In this document: positions 38,555 to 52,047 of the stretch, in pieces
Position numbering within the stretch: the first letter of the stretch is position 1
How the letters are laid out: each line of letters opens with the position of its first letter
Made by a program: the position numbers and the translations under genes
The notes under the pieces: generated by a model
What the model saw: the letters and a program-made list of their open reading frames with translations, nothing else
What the model was told of the DNA's origin: nothing
Databases searched by the model: none
Assembly (NCBI GenBank): GCA_904063045.1
Contig: CAJFCJ010000014.1
Coordinates: 1 to 64,000 of the forward strand
Direction: 5' to 3'
From: Dimorphilus gyrociliatus
Taxonomy: Eukaryota > Animalia > Annelida
DNA length: 64,000 nt

Positions 38555-40451
38555 TTATGGAACAAAAATGATTGTTAATGATGAAAAAAGTGTATGTTGA
38601 GCTGTACAACCTTTAAACATTAATTTTAATTCATCATTTTGCGATAATTTCATAAGAACACCAGTAAAGGCATAACCAGAATAGAAATCGTAATGTATCG
38701 AAGCTTTTACAACTCGTGTTTTTTGATTGCCATTAACATCTATATAAACTTCTAATTCTTCAGACATACTTTTATTTGGTAAGTTAAATGTTACGAAATA
38801 TGTACCGGAAGTTGGAATTTTATATGATTGTCTATTAGGTATCCAACCATTCATATTATCAACGTAAGGTAATGCATTAAAGCCAAAAGTAAAAAATTGT
38901 CCACTGCATCTTTCTCTTGTTGAAATGATTGAAAATATTGGAAAACTTTCATTCAATTTAAATGCATTTAAATGAATTTGTAAATTTGAATCTGAATATT
39001 GAGTATCCTGATGTCTTTGCAATCCAAACACATCATGTATTTCAACACGTCGAATAAAATTCACTGAATAAGCATATGGAACATCCCGATTACTTGCCAT
39101 TCTTAAATAATGCACAAAACTTGCGATATGTAATTTTATTATAGATGCTACTTTTCTCATTGTAGCTGATCCATAACTTATAAAATACAATCCTTCATTC
39201 ATTGCTATAAAATTATTTCCATTAATTTCAAATCCTTTTCTTGCAGTTACTATCGGTAAATTGATTGAAGAATGACCTGAATGTGTTGTTGGACTATCAC
39301 GTGCAGCGGACAGATAGTTGTCAGTTTTATAATAGAAACCCGACCAGGAAGTTTCAGTTCCATTTAGGCTTCCCACTAGATTTGAGAAAGGTTGATTCTG
39401 AACAATGTTAGGCCTATGCAAGGAAGTTAACGTAAATATTCCACATCTGGTTATAGTTTCAACTGATACGTTATATAGTTTTGATAAACCAATTTTTCTT
39501 CCAGTGCCTTCCAGAGTAATATCAACCTTACTACTTTGGTCCATATGAGCAGTTACTGACATGACATACATTCCAGATTTTTGAATATTCAAACTATTGT
39601 CAATTTCATTAAATAAATTCTTCTGATTGATGACAACTTGCGTCCAATTCATCCTACCTGAACCAACTATTTCATTGTTTAATAAAGAGACCATAAATGC
39701 AGGTGTATCTCCATCATTGCAGTCGTTACTTTCGCATTGGTCCACATCAATCGAGTTACCTTGACATTCTAGTCCACCATTAGATGCTGGTGGATTATTA
39801 CATTCCCTAACTCTTGTCCGGTGTCTTTGCTGTCCACATGCTGGTTTGCAGTCGCTCCATTCTGACCATTCGGACCATCCTCCAGGTATTGCGCAATTAG
39901 CTTCTTCAAATGGAACGCATAATTTTACATTACAATTTTTAATGATTGGTGTAAAATAGTATCCAGTTGGACAACGTTGAGGCCAGGCCACACCATTAAC
40001 ACAATTATAATAACTCCTACAGTCAACTGAATTGGCAACTGTTTCATTCTTATTTGGTGAACATTCATCAGCATCATTTAAAGATTTTAAATCAACGTTT
40101 AAATCATCATCAATCAAGGATGATGATGATTGACAATCTGATATTCTTGAATCTATACAGATTACATAGCGACAATCTTGAAATATAAATTTATAATGAA
40201 AACCAATAGGACAAACTTGAAGATGAGCAATTCCATTTATACATTGATAGTATACTTCACAATAATTCGGATCTCCAAACGTTCCATCAATAGGTTTTGA
40301 TTCAGAATCAATTGGACATTTGAATTCCGAATAAACAATTGCAAAAAAGAGGCAGAAAACTGATAAAAAAACTTTAAAATTATTAATAAAAAAAACAAAA
40401 ATATAAATAATTTTTTTTATATTTACAATAAGAACTCAACCAAATTTTCAT
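38555..40451 (-). CDS. Secreted 609-aa protein: 2x chitin-binding type 2 (CBM14), TSP1, ~3 C1q/TNF-like domains
   Basis: Exon 1 40451-40427, GT-AG intron, exon 2 40359-38555; the frame closes exactly (1830 nt). CBM14 motifs YCEVYYQCINGIAHLQVCPIGFHY and CRSYYNCVNGVAWPQRCPTGYYF. TSP1 WSEWSEWSDCKPACG...R.R.CNNPP. C1q-like AFMV...F...SLNIQKSGMYVMS and YKIPTSGTYFVTFN. Confidence 0.88.
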
Positions 40452-41158
40452 GATTATTTTTCTTCCCTTTTTTTAAAATATACCTTTATGTGTTGACTTA
40501 TATATTTTATAATTTATCAAAGATAAGATATTCATTATCTTGTTATAAACATAAGGAGGATTTCTCACACAACTTTTCTTCCTTTGATAACAATTGAGGA
40601 AGTTAATATTTTTGTATTTCTACAAAAGTTCATCTAATTTGCATATTTTGTATTCTTAAGTTTAAAGTTTTTAAATTATGATCCATATTGTACTCTTCCA
40701 TTAAACGTATGATAAGAGTCAAATTTTTCAATTAGTAGGCCTATAACAATATAATATGAGATTTTAAAGAGAGAAAAAGAAAGCATGTGTCATTTTCAAG
40801 AATTTTAGAGTACTAAGACAATTTTTTGAATATATTTGATATGAAAAATTACTTTAAAGCGGATAATAAAAAAAAAAAGAGAGACTTGAACGGAATATTG
40901 TTCATCTTCTCTGTCACAATCAATTTGATCTCTTAGATAGAAAAAAATTGTATAGGCTCAATTGAAGATATAGGAAAAGGTTTAAAAATATATCATTATG
41001 AAATTTTTAAGAATGTATGACTAGGGCTAAATTTTGTATAATCAAATTAGTGAAAATGTACTTGGGAGTATAATCAATTGTTTTTTTTTTTCTATATTTT
41101 CATAATGATGAAAGGTTACAATAAAGAAGTTTCATTTTGTTTGAAGATACTTCCATTT

Positions 41159-42536
41159 TTAAATAGCAACAACATTGATATCACAAATGGACACTGTGTT
41201 TAGAGGGTTTAATGACTTGTCATAATTGATCAGCCATTTTAAGTATATTATTTTACATATTGAATTACCACAATTGCAAATATAAGAACATTTTCCATTA
41301 TGATCATTTAGTGTACATATGAGAAATTCTCCACTCCAAAGGTCATTTTGATTAAAATATTGAGTATAGGCCTTAACATAGACCATAACGTAAGGTTCTG
41401 TATTTGAAAGTGAGCAGGAAAAATTCATTCCACGTATTTCGACTTGGACTGTTGAATTTGCTGGTTCAAAAATTTGATATAAAAATTTCTGTTCATATCC
41501 ATCAGAATTTAAATTATCACATGTAGAATATCTTTCCGGTTCCGTTAGACCTCCTAATTTACATATACTATCAATCATTTTGTATGAATGTATCCCTAAA
41601 TTTAAGTGTTCTTCTGGAATTACTGGAAAAAAAATAGAATAATTTTTTTTTTATAAAGTAAACAAATTAATCAAAGTATTTGAAACTGACATGGTGACAT
41701 AAATGCTGAACTTGTTTTATCATTAAAATTGTAGGGACTAATTCCAATAATAATTTCTTCATCTCCTTCAATAGAATATTGATATTGGCTTGATCTGCAT
41801 GTTTGTGACTGTACTTTGTCACTAATAATCCAAATATACATTCCTAAAGAAATATTTCAAATAGTTTTATTTTGCTTTTGGTTTTTAATTCTTATTTTTT
41901 TTTTACCAGAAACTTGAGCTCTTGATGCTGTGTCTCCATTTTGACATTTAAAGTATTTCTGGCGGGCATATTCAATTGGATGACCACTTGTCTTTGTATG
42001 AGCTATTAACATAATTTCTCCTTCATGAAAAAAAGAGAACAAAATTAGGCCATTATTAAGAGATGTTAAAAAATAATTCAACATTTAAAATTGCTGCCAT
42101 GGATGCAACAGAAAACATCTCTTAATGCATAGTTTTACCCTAACCTGGCCTTAGTCTAACCTTTTTGATTACTACTAACTCTTAGATAGAACCCCATTAA
42201 CTGTGAATCAAAAGCTAGATTACTTCCCCTAACCATTTTTCAATCCGAAATGTTGCTTTCAAAAATCTCTTTTATGGATGTTTTCTGTCAGCCCTGGCTG
42301 ATATAATGAAATTTGTGCTTTAAACAAATTGTATCAATCTTACCACCAGGGAGGAAACAGGGAATAGATTCATTTCCATTGTAACAACAACCAGTATTTT
42401 GACAATCTGTTAATGATATTCCGGGCCAACCACATTCTATTCTTTCATTTATTGGCTGAGTACAAATTATAGAACATACAGATAATCCAATAGAAATAAA
42501 TATTATGTAAAGATGATAAATTTTCACTTCAGGCAT
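41159..42536 (-). CDS. Four-exon secreted protein with an N-terminal trefoil (P-type) domain and a Cys-containing C-terminal domain
   Basis: Hydrophobic YHLYIIFISIGLSVCS, then CTQPINERIECGWPGISLTDCQNTGCCY...PCF (trefoil). GT-AG introns at ~42343, ~41906 and ~41691. Last exon corresponds to ORF 41159..41578. Confidence 0.75.
42101..42294. mobile_element. Diverged reverse-orientation copy of the 207-bp MITE, in intron 1 of the trefoil gene
   Basis: Ends GGATGCAACAGAAAACATC and GGATGTTTTCTGTCAGCCC; the interior aligns to the other copies. Confidence 0.7.
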
Positions 42537-43789
42537 ATTTCTCAACTCAACTTGGATATCTGAAGGGAATTTAAAAAGCAAATGTCAAACTAGAGGGCGA
42601 CAGAAAATATCCCATATATAAATGAAGAGAAAAGATAGTTAAGGCTAGTTTTAAGTGTTAGGCCCCTTTTGATTTCCGGACACTTTATCATTATGTAATT
42701 TATTTTCAAACTTTCCTGTAGACCTATTCTAAGAAAAGGCTTCACTCTCTTTTTGTCATTAATCACTCTTCTATTCAAATATTCAAAATATTTGTGTTCA
42801 CTCTCTGAAAAATATCAAACACTTCTCAGTTAATAAATGAGTTTTGTTCAATCAATAAATTCATAGAAATTTCAATATAAACTCTTTAAGCTGGGAAAAA
42901 AATCTATAATTAACAAAAAATTTAATAGGCCTATAAAATAGATCTTATTTCTATTTATATGATTGATGAGAAGAAAGAATTAATTATTGTTTTTTTATTT
43001 TTATAAATAATTGAATAACAATACTGTACTGTTTATATTGTATAAAACCCTTTTAACATTCAACTTTCTCATTCTCTTCATCGATCGCTCTTATTAAATC
43101 CCTTTTTAATCTTCTATCTTCCATTCTCTCTCTCTCTTTCGTCCTTGGCAGTTGACTGATTATGCTCTATTTATAGTTAATCTAAACTACTTTTGGGACT
43201 CTATAATTCTTTATTGTTGAGATACTTTACTGCACTAGATGTCACTACTGTCACTTTACTGCACTTATCAACTTGTCTGAACATAAATTGTCAAAACATC
43301 AAACTGGATAAAAAGATGATGGGAAAGGAAATGAATTTCACAATTTTTTCAAGGTTAGATCAAACTATTGATCTAGTTAACAATCATAAATGGAGTTTGT
43401 AAGAGCTTTGATACTAATTGAACAGAACGTTATACATTATGTGCTAGTGTGAGTCAGTGAATGTCTGTCAATATGCTAGCGTTACTTGAAAGGGGAGCTT
43501 GATTTAGCCAAAGTTAGGACAGTAGATAGAGAACAACGTGGCACCACACGAATGAGCACAGTCAAGTACCCAGTTAAGTGACGCTAGCAAGGGTATAAAA
43601 GAGAGTGAATGTATCTAAAAAGTTGTGAGAAAGCTTATAAATAATTTTAGACGGAATTATTGCGCAATTCCGTACTATAAGCGAAAAATAAATCTTATAA
43701 AATAATTTTCATTTTATTGTTTAGTATACATATACATTGTTTTAAGCACAAATTTTAAGTAGTTGATTGATTGATTTTTTTGCTGCTAA

Positions 43790-43906
43790 CCCTTAGATAG
43801 AACCTCCCTAACTACAAATCAAAAGCTACTTTACTCCTGCTAATCATTTTTCAATCCGAAGTCTTGCTTTCAAAAATCTCACTTGGGGATGTTTTCTGTC
43901 GGCCCC
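43790..43906. mobile_element. Partial copy of the same MITE, abutting a mariner relic
   Basis: Ends GGATGTTTTCTGTCGGCCCC; interior similar to ~42175-42294. Confidence 0.65.
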
Positions 43907-44249
43907 GAAAAATGCCCTTACTGCATTTTGCAATCCCTCATAATTCTTATATACTTTGCCCCAAAGATGATCCTTTAATTTCCAGAACAGATAATAGTCT
44001 GATGGCGCCAGGTCTGGGCTGTAGGCTGGATGAGGCAAGACTACCCATCAAGTTGTTCTAAGATATAGAGTAGTTTGTAAGCACCACTGAAGTCTCAATA
44101 ACTTTTCATTCAGGGATCACAATTTGTGAAAGTTTTTTAGTGATAGTGCATTAATGAATTCATTTTCTATTGATAATGATAACATAGGCCAACAATGTAC
44201 TGTTTTAAAATTACAAGGAAACGGGTAAAACTTTCAGGGTGACCCTAAT
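43907..44249 (-). pseudogene. mariner transposase C-terminal relic with a candidate terminal repeat near 44220-44249
   Basis: PHPAYSPDLAPSDYYLFWKLKDHL is the mariner YSPDLAPSD motif carrying the third catalytic Asp. The ...AAAACTTTCAGGGTGACCCTAATA end resembles mariner termini. Confidence 0.8.
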
Positions 44250-44697
44250 ACTTGTATCTCCATTTTCGAAATAGTTTTACATACTTTTCTATAAATCATT
44301 TTTATTTCTTAATGCAAATAAAGATTTTTCGCAAAGATAAGTTTTTAATCTCTTTGAATTTTGAATTCAAAGCAACTGCATTTAAAATTGAATAGAGGGT
44401 AAAGATATTCTTCTTCTTTAATAAACCAAAGTAATACGATAGGCTGGATTCATTGAAGGGTGATTTATTACTTTAGGTCATTCCCTATTGAAAATATTGA
44501 TCAAATAGCTGATTGGATCTTTTTTGATACTGCTTATTTATTAGCATGTCTGCCGACTAATCCAAACCGAGCCTAAAACTATTGAAAAAGTTTCTATTAT
44601 CTTTCAGTTCTTTTTATTTTTTTTTCGATCAATTGACAATGACATTAATTAATAAATTTATTCTCTTAATCACTTTTCGACAAATAATCTGTTGCAT

Positions 44698-44908
44698 TTA
44701 ACAAATTTTTAATAATTCCATATCGAAAATGAGGGTTGCGTTTGGGGGAATCAATCCTTGGACTCCTCCTTTACCGTAACCATAATCTGGACTGCAAGTG
44801 AGCTGTGCTCTTGCTCCAAGGCTCATTTGCACAATACCTTCATCCCAACCTTTGACTACCTGACCGGAACCAATCTTGAATACGAATGGCTTTCCCTTAT
44901 CACGAGAC
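44698..44908 (-). pseudogene. 5'-truncated FKBP12-type peptidyl-prolyl isomerase, copy A
   Basis: [67 protein letters not shown]. No N-terminal VVHYTG/FDSS segment upstream. Confidence 0.88.
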
Positions 44909-44934
44909 ACAATAGGAGAAGTTCGAGGTGTTGT

Positions 44935-45238
44935 ACACACATCTGAGTGACAATGTAAAAGAGAATATCAAAAGATTTAGATACTCCCCTAAGGAAGGAT
45001 ACAAAAGTGCGATGAAGTTCCTTAGGTCAAAGTATGGTAAGTGAAAAAAGAGACAGTGCAGTGATGCGTCAAAGAACTGATCCAGATTTTAACGGAGGTG
45101 CATGGAGACTACAGAGACCGGAATGATTTGGACAACAAGCATTTAGAGGCAATATTAGTGGTCGTGACAAAATTCAAAATGAATGCCGGGTTGAGAGCGG
45201 AATGGGATAATGAGGAAGTGGAAGAAGAAATGAGCCTT
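44935..45238 (+). pseudogene. BEL/Pao retrotransposon gag-like relic
   Basis: [32 protein letters not shown] resembles the Pao gag Y..A...L..RYG motif; later LEAILVVVTKFKMNAGLRAEWD. Stops and frameshifts present. Confidence 0.6.
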
Positions 45239-45242
45239 TCCA

Positions 45243-45512
45243 TAATTTTTTCATGATTTTCTATTCAATGACAATTCATTTTTTACAAACTTAAATGGCT
45301 TTACTGATGGAATTTGCAAATGCTTTATCAGAACAGTATGTAACACTACTGGTGATCCAGATTCTGAATGTGTTATGACTGGGGGAGAAGAAGTTACTAA
45401 AGAAGGAGATTTTAGTGTCCTTTCACATAGATTGCCAATAAGAGAGATACATACAGGTGATGTTAACAATACAAAAGAATGGGTTCGCTATTCAGTACAT
45501 AAATTAAAGTGT
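45243..45512 (+). pseudogene. Isolated exon resembling the fibrinogen-like domain of Caspr/neurexin IV or related modules
   Basis: GICKCFIRTVC...DSEC...EGDFSVLSHRLPIREIHTGDVNNTKEWVRYSVHKLKC resembles the CACG...C...D.G.L...LPV..LRFGD...G.HTLG.LKC pattern. Confidence 0.55.
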
Positions 45513-46198
45513 ATTTTTGAAATTCAACCCGTTTTTTATTTATTTACCAATCACACTACAAGAGTTACTATTTTCGTTTTCTCTTTATTTTTCAATTATT
45601 CAGTTGTCTTAAAGTAAACAAACAACAAAAGTATAACATTTCTCAAGCTTAAGTGTTTTTTTGTAGTAAAAAGTTTCTCTTTTGGAGGATATTTTTAACC
45701 AACAATCCATAATGTTTAATATCATTTTTTGCAGTTTCCACATTTAAACTTGTAAAGTTGGCGACAGTTAAAAAATACTTTTTTGATGTTGTCTTCAATA
45801 AATAAAAAAGCAATTTATTATTTAGATAGTTGAATAGGCAAGCATATATTTTTGTTATAATTTACATCAAAGACAATATTCTTAATACTCAAATTCTGTC
45901 CCAGGCATAATTCATATAAATGTAAAAATGTTAATGACTTTACAACAACTTTCAACAGGATAAAGTATTGATGGTTTTCGTACAGATTACAATCAATTTC
46001 AACTGTTTCAAAGCTATGTAAATATTTAAATTGCATAACCTGATTTTCTTCTGCTTCACTTAGACATCTGAGAACTGAAATGGTGAATTGTCTTTTAATT
46101 TTTCAAAAAAAGTAAGAAGCCAATTTTTGTTACGTTTCGATTGAAATTGTGATAATTTACATTGTATATCCATTTGTCTATAGAAATTGTTGAAATGA

Positions 46199-49100
46199 TT
46201 AAAATATCTTTTTATACAAAGTTAAAAATGAAAAAATGGATACAAACACTTTTGCTTTTCTTCTTTTAGATGATTCTTTCATCTTGAAAATTAATTTGCT
46301 TGTCAAGAAAATACATGGATTTACAACTGAATTTATTGGTAGGAATATGATTATGATAAAAATGTAAATGTTCTCATTGATTTCCAAATCAGTTAGTAGT
46401 GAAATATAACCTTAGAAACACAAGTGAAAAGGTTATCTATAGTTTTTAATTACTGTATTGATTTTTCTTTTTTTTTTTAGCTCTTTAAGATATAGGAGAA
46501 AAATATTGCAGTCATTTATTGAAATTTCTCCTATTTCTTTAAAAGAAAGTATTGTATTCACTTAAAACAGAGAATGGAATCCAACAAATAGCATTTGTTG
46601 TAATAGTTAAAAAAATATTTCTTGTAAGCTTTTGTCCTATTTTTGATGACATACCCAAATTACTCAATTCTAATGAAGATTTCCTTGCAAATAGATAAAT
46701 TTTTATATAATTAAAATCAATAAGTATTATAACAAGAGAGATTATTATTCCAAAAAGTATAAATGAGAAAAACCATCCAATACTCTTAACTTTTTGAAAA
46801 TTAACATTACAACAAATTCTTGTAAAGGAATGGAAATTCTAGAATTTTTTTTATCACTAAAATTTAAATTTAGCAAGGTAAAATCTAAATTTTTTTACTT
46901 TAAAGAAAATGTTTGGCATTGATGAAAAAATTGCAGAAAACAACAGTATTGTAAGAATTATAAATTTTTTTCTCTTAAAAATCTTTGATTGAATACTGTA
47001 ATTTAGTATCATGTCAGCTCTTTCCATTGTTAGTAATAGGACACTTATGGATGATATACACATTGAAAAATATGCAATAATTCCTAAACTCTGACAAGTA
47101 TTACTATTCCTCCATATATAATCAAAATTGATATAGTCATTACCATAATACTGATCCATTATTAAAATTGTTAGAATATAGATTGATAACAAGAGATCTC
47201 CAACAGCAAGAGTAACTTGAAAACAAAAGATATTGATCATTTTAAATAGTATTACAAGAGTTGCTAGATTTCCCACTGAACCAATTATACCATAGAACCC
47301 AAAGCATATTTTTATTAGATGGGAACCTAAGAGATTTGAACAGGATTGAAACCCAGCTGCTTTTGGCTTACATATCACCTCATCATTAATAAATCTCCAA
47401 ACTAAACAGCAGAGATTATAGTCTTTACCAAAAATCTTTTTTAAATTTCCCAGATTTCTTAAGTATTGATAAGCTGATTTTAATGGCAAGTTTGTATTGT
47501 TAAAATGTAATTCTGAAATACTATTTTTTAACAATTCGAAAAAATCATTTGATAAAAATTTAATTTTGCAATTTGTAACTTTAAATATTGATAGATATGG
47601 AATTTTTAACTTTTTCTCTACTTTTAAATTATGTATTTGTGTATTTGAAATATCTAAATATTTTAACCATTTAAATTCATTCAAAAATTGTAAACTTTTA
47701 ATTGGATTATATGCAATATCTAAATATTGAATAATATTTCTACCAGTTTTGCTTCCATAAATTACTTTCAAATTATTTTTTTGTAATTTTAATGATATTA
47801 AATTTGGTGAATTTGTTGTATTAAATATATGGATATTATTATTTTCAATTATCAATGAAAGTATATTTTTCAAAGAAGATGTTTGAATATTTTGTAATGG
47901 AAAAGCTCCATTTAATGATAATTTTTTTATAGATGGAATAGATGATACTTTCTTGAGATCATCATTTGTAGAGATATTAACAAAGACTGAACAATTAAGT
48001 TCATATGAATATTTGTGAATACAAAATTTATTTGTATTATTCAACTGGTGGCAATTGAGTTCATCACTACCAAACAAACAATCAATAATACCATTACAAA
48101 CTTTTTCATTATGTATATATAACTTTTGATTTTGGCATTTAAAAAAACCTTTTGGTTGAAAATTTTCTTCAAATTCAACAAAAAAAAAGTTATTATCTCT
48201 ACTGCTTCCGTTATTACTATTACTATTACCAGTACAGTTCAATTCATCATCTCCATAGATACAATGTTTTACACCATCACAATATTGTTCAATTGAGATG
48301 CAATATCTTTCACCATAGCAAAGATATTCTCCACTTTTGCAATGTGATTCAGCACAATTGTGTAATACATTTATAGGATAATGAACACTTGTAATCAAAT
48401 TTCCCATTGAACTATAAGTAAGCTTACATTTTCTTTCAATTTTATTTTTAGAATTATATCCAAGGAAATAATCCTTTATTAGTTCATAGTTATTATAGCA
48501 ATATTTTCTATTTTCATCAGTTTCCGCTGTACAGTGAAGTTTAAGGTCACACTGATGATAAGAATAAATAATTTGTGTGTCACATGTCAAAATTGTTTTA
48601 TTTGTTTCTGTTTTTGAAAAAAAGAGAAAAAGATAGACATGTTGTTTTTTTAAATTAACAAACTACTTACTTTTAGAATTTATCACTTTCCTGTTATATT
48701 TATAATCTTCATCACTCATATCAAAACAATGCCTTTCTCCATCAGAGAATTCATGCATTGCAATGCATTGTCCATTTGAGCATTCACTTTAAGATTGAAA
48801 AACAAAAAGTTGTTTAATGTTATGAAATATGAAATTCTGATAATTGCTATCAATTTTTTACAATTTGAGAGTCAATAGGGTTGGGAAAATTCGTACCAAC
48901 TTTCAAAAGTTTTGGGCCTGGTTTCGGTTGCCAGTTTACTGTGCAAACATGTTAAATTTATGGCTTGCTTAAGATTTAGGTTAAAAAAAAAGCAAGGAGA
49001 TATTTTTAGTAAATTTTTGTTTAGAGAATAGTGTAAAACTTGTAAAATAGATGCGAATTTTACCATACTATAACATCAACTATCTTATAAATTTATTTAT

Positions 49101-52047
49101 ATAATTACATTGAATTTCCAATATTGCAATCTTTTTTTTCTATAATAAAAACAATTTTGAAAAAGATGTGCTTTTTTTTAATAAAAAATTTTTCAAACCA
49201 CAAAAAAATTCATCAGTTCCGTCTTCACAATCAATTACAAAATTACAAACAAGTAGTATACTGATTTGTTGTGGAGAGTTTAAACATTGAAAAGTATTCA
49301 TATAAATTTCACTATGATCAATATTACAATTCATTTCATCTTCTTTAGATTTACAATCAAAATTGCTATCACAAATGTATATATTTGAAATGCAATATCC
49401 ATCATCTTTGCATAGAAATGTATTTGAAGGACATTGGATTGTATCAAGAACATTTACAAAAAAATTATTTGATTGAATACTGTTCAAAACTTTTCAAAGA
49501 GATGATTAAACAAAAGAATTTTAGTAAAATATTCTGCTTTTTATTACCTGGCAATTTCTTACAAATGAAATGTTGTAGTTGTATTTTTTTGCAAATAACT
49601 GGATAAACTGTAGGTAAATTTGAAGAAGATGAAAATTGTACAAGGTAGCAGATATGTATTGCATTTATTAAGTTTTCATTGAGTAATTCAACAGAATTTT
49701 TAGGAAAATAATTGATATATCTTGAAATTTCAAGTCGGCTCTTCAGGAAAAGGAAAGAACGTTTTACTAATTTACTACAGTTTTAAATGGAATAAGATAT
49801 ATTAAAAATACTCTTTCTGCTCCACTTTGGAAAAGTAAATATTCTTCTGGATAATTGCCAGCCAATAGACGAACTGTTCTCCCAATTTTATTGAATTTTT
49901 CATGTATCTCTGGTTAATAAAAATGCAAAAATTAAATAAAATTTGTGGAAAAGAAAAAGAAAGTAATAAATGAATTGATGATGAAAACACATCCCCGCTC
50001 CTCATCCCATGAATTTTCCGTATCCAACCACTAGAGGGTGTTTTCTAATTTTTCCAATAAATATACAAAAAGATGTTTACTGTTATATATTAAAATTTTC
50101 TTCCCCTTTGATGACCTAATTAGACGATGAACAACTGATATCAATTTAAGAATAAATGTTTTTTCACTGGAAGGCACATCAGCAGAAGTATAATTGAATT
50201 TTTCACATATTTTTGAAATTTCATGAATAGAATATTTGATTGAGGATGTAAAAACATGATAGCAGGTATCATAAAGTATCAAGTCTTTTTCCCAATTGCA
50301 TTCATTCACTGGAAGATATAGCAAGAGGTTAGTATGTTATAGGAATGATGGAAAAGTGTGTGAAAACTAAAAACACCTTTATCATTGGAACACATAATTG
50401 AAAAAATCATATGTCTACTGAAAGTTCTGTACAAAAATTTAAAAAAAAAATATTAAAGAAAAACTAAAAATAATAAGAAAAAAAATTTACAATCTGTTTA
50501 CTTCTATTATTTGACATTGATTTAAATCAGTGCCATTTTTGCAGGTCATTGTTTCTAAATGTATTCTGTATAAATTTTTTGTTTTCTTATGATATTTTTG
50601 ATATTTTGTTATTGTTCCATAGATAAATCCAAAATATTTGCATATAACTTGAATTTCATGGAATAAAATTTTCTTAAAATAAAGCCATACTTGTTTATAG
50701 AAAACTTGAAATACTCCATTGAATTTTATATATTTATGTTGATTATTAAAAATGAAATTTCCATTTTTATCAATTAGGGCAAACTTTGAAATTTCTTTTA
50801 AAAAACATTCAAATTTGAATATTCTAACATATTGAATTGTTCACACCAAACAATTTAAAAAATATTTACCCCGTCTTTCTAAGCAAACAGGTTTTGGAAT
50901 CAATATTAATTCGTTGCGAAAATTATTTGAATTTTTGAAATATTTTATCATACAATTTTTTATTTTATCTCTGAAAATTTGACAATTTTCAAAAGCAACA
51001 GCTTTTCCTTCTGAAAATTCCTCAATTTGATTGTCCAAAAATGAAGGAACGCTATTGTGTGACCCGCAAAGTAATTTATTCATAATTAGCATTTGATCTT
51101 GGGCATCTTTATAGTATTTTGGTTTATTGAATTTAAAAGCACAAACAAAATCTCCCAAAGTCTTTGACACACACTTATACGCCTTCTTATATTGTAAATA
51201 TCTCTTTGTTTTGATGACTTGTAAATCTAATGGGGAAAATGAAAAAAAATGAAGTAAATGATTATTTAAAATATTTTTAACCATTAGTCTCTTCATAGCT
51301 ACAAATAACTGGATAATAAATACTTTCATTTTGAATTCCTCTATTGTTTTTATGTAGAGTTAATCTGGAAATATTTTCATTAAAAGTAGCAAAATTATAT
51401 TGATTAATTTGAAAGAAGCTGAAATTAAATTCAATAAAATTTGATTGTCTACATATTGAATTATCAGTATCGCTTAATTTTTTCACTGAATAGACAATAT
51501 TATTTGTCATGTAGACCAAATGATACAATTTCATTCCAACATTTTCATATGTGAAGAAAACTAGGATATGATACTTTTTTAAGTCTTAATAAATTATATA
51601 TATATATATAGGCTTACAATCTTTATTCCTTAAACAACATATCAGTGATAATATCATTTTAGTTTTACTTTTTAGACTGGAAATAGAAAAATCTATTAGT
51701 TATCATTTCTTAGAGATAATAAAACAGCTTTTTGTCTCTTTATACATTTTTGATTTCAGAATTTTTGCAGACAGAATATGGCGTTTAAATTTATAGCTTT
51801 TAATTCTGCTTCTTATAAATGAATAATTAAATTTTAAGCATAAACTTGTAGCATTCCATTGATATTTTGACAAAGAACTTATATATTGACTGATATTTTT
51901 CTTTACATTAAAAATTTTTAATAAACCATTTACAAAAAGATCATTTGTTTCAAGTATTTCAAAAGAAAGTTTGTTAGAAATATCCATTTTTTTACAGATA
52001 GAAAATGAAAAGAGACAGAGTAAAACAAAAATGTAGTATTGAGCCAT
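46199..52047 (-). CDS. GRL101-like receptor gene 3: SRCR-like and CTL-like N-terminus, LDLa repeats, LRRs, 7TM
   Basis: Signal MAQYYIFVLLCLFSFSIC at 52047, CTL-like ECNWEKDLILYDTCYHVF, at least six LDLa repeats, LRRs, CSNLLG hinge, TM1 GIIGSVGNLA, TM3 LLLTMERA, TM7 IFLPINSVVNPCIF. Confidence 0.87.

Noticed and set aside
43430-43620. Faint inverted similarity to 59170-59360 (CATTCACTGAC, TGCCACGT, TTTTATACC)
   Set aside because: Short words with inconsistent spacing; cannot be distinguished from chance by eye.
44925-44940. GTTGTACA, resembling the gypsy LTR terminus, next to FKBP copy A
   Set aside because: Only 8 bp match and no further LTR similarity.
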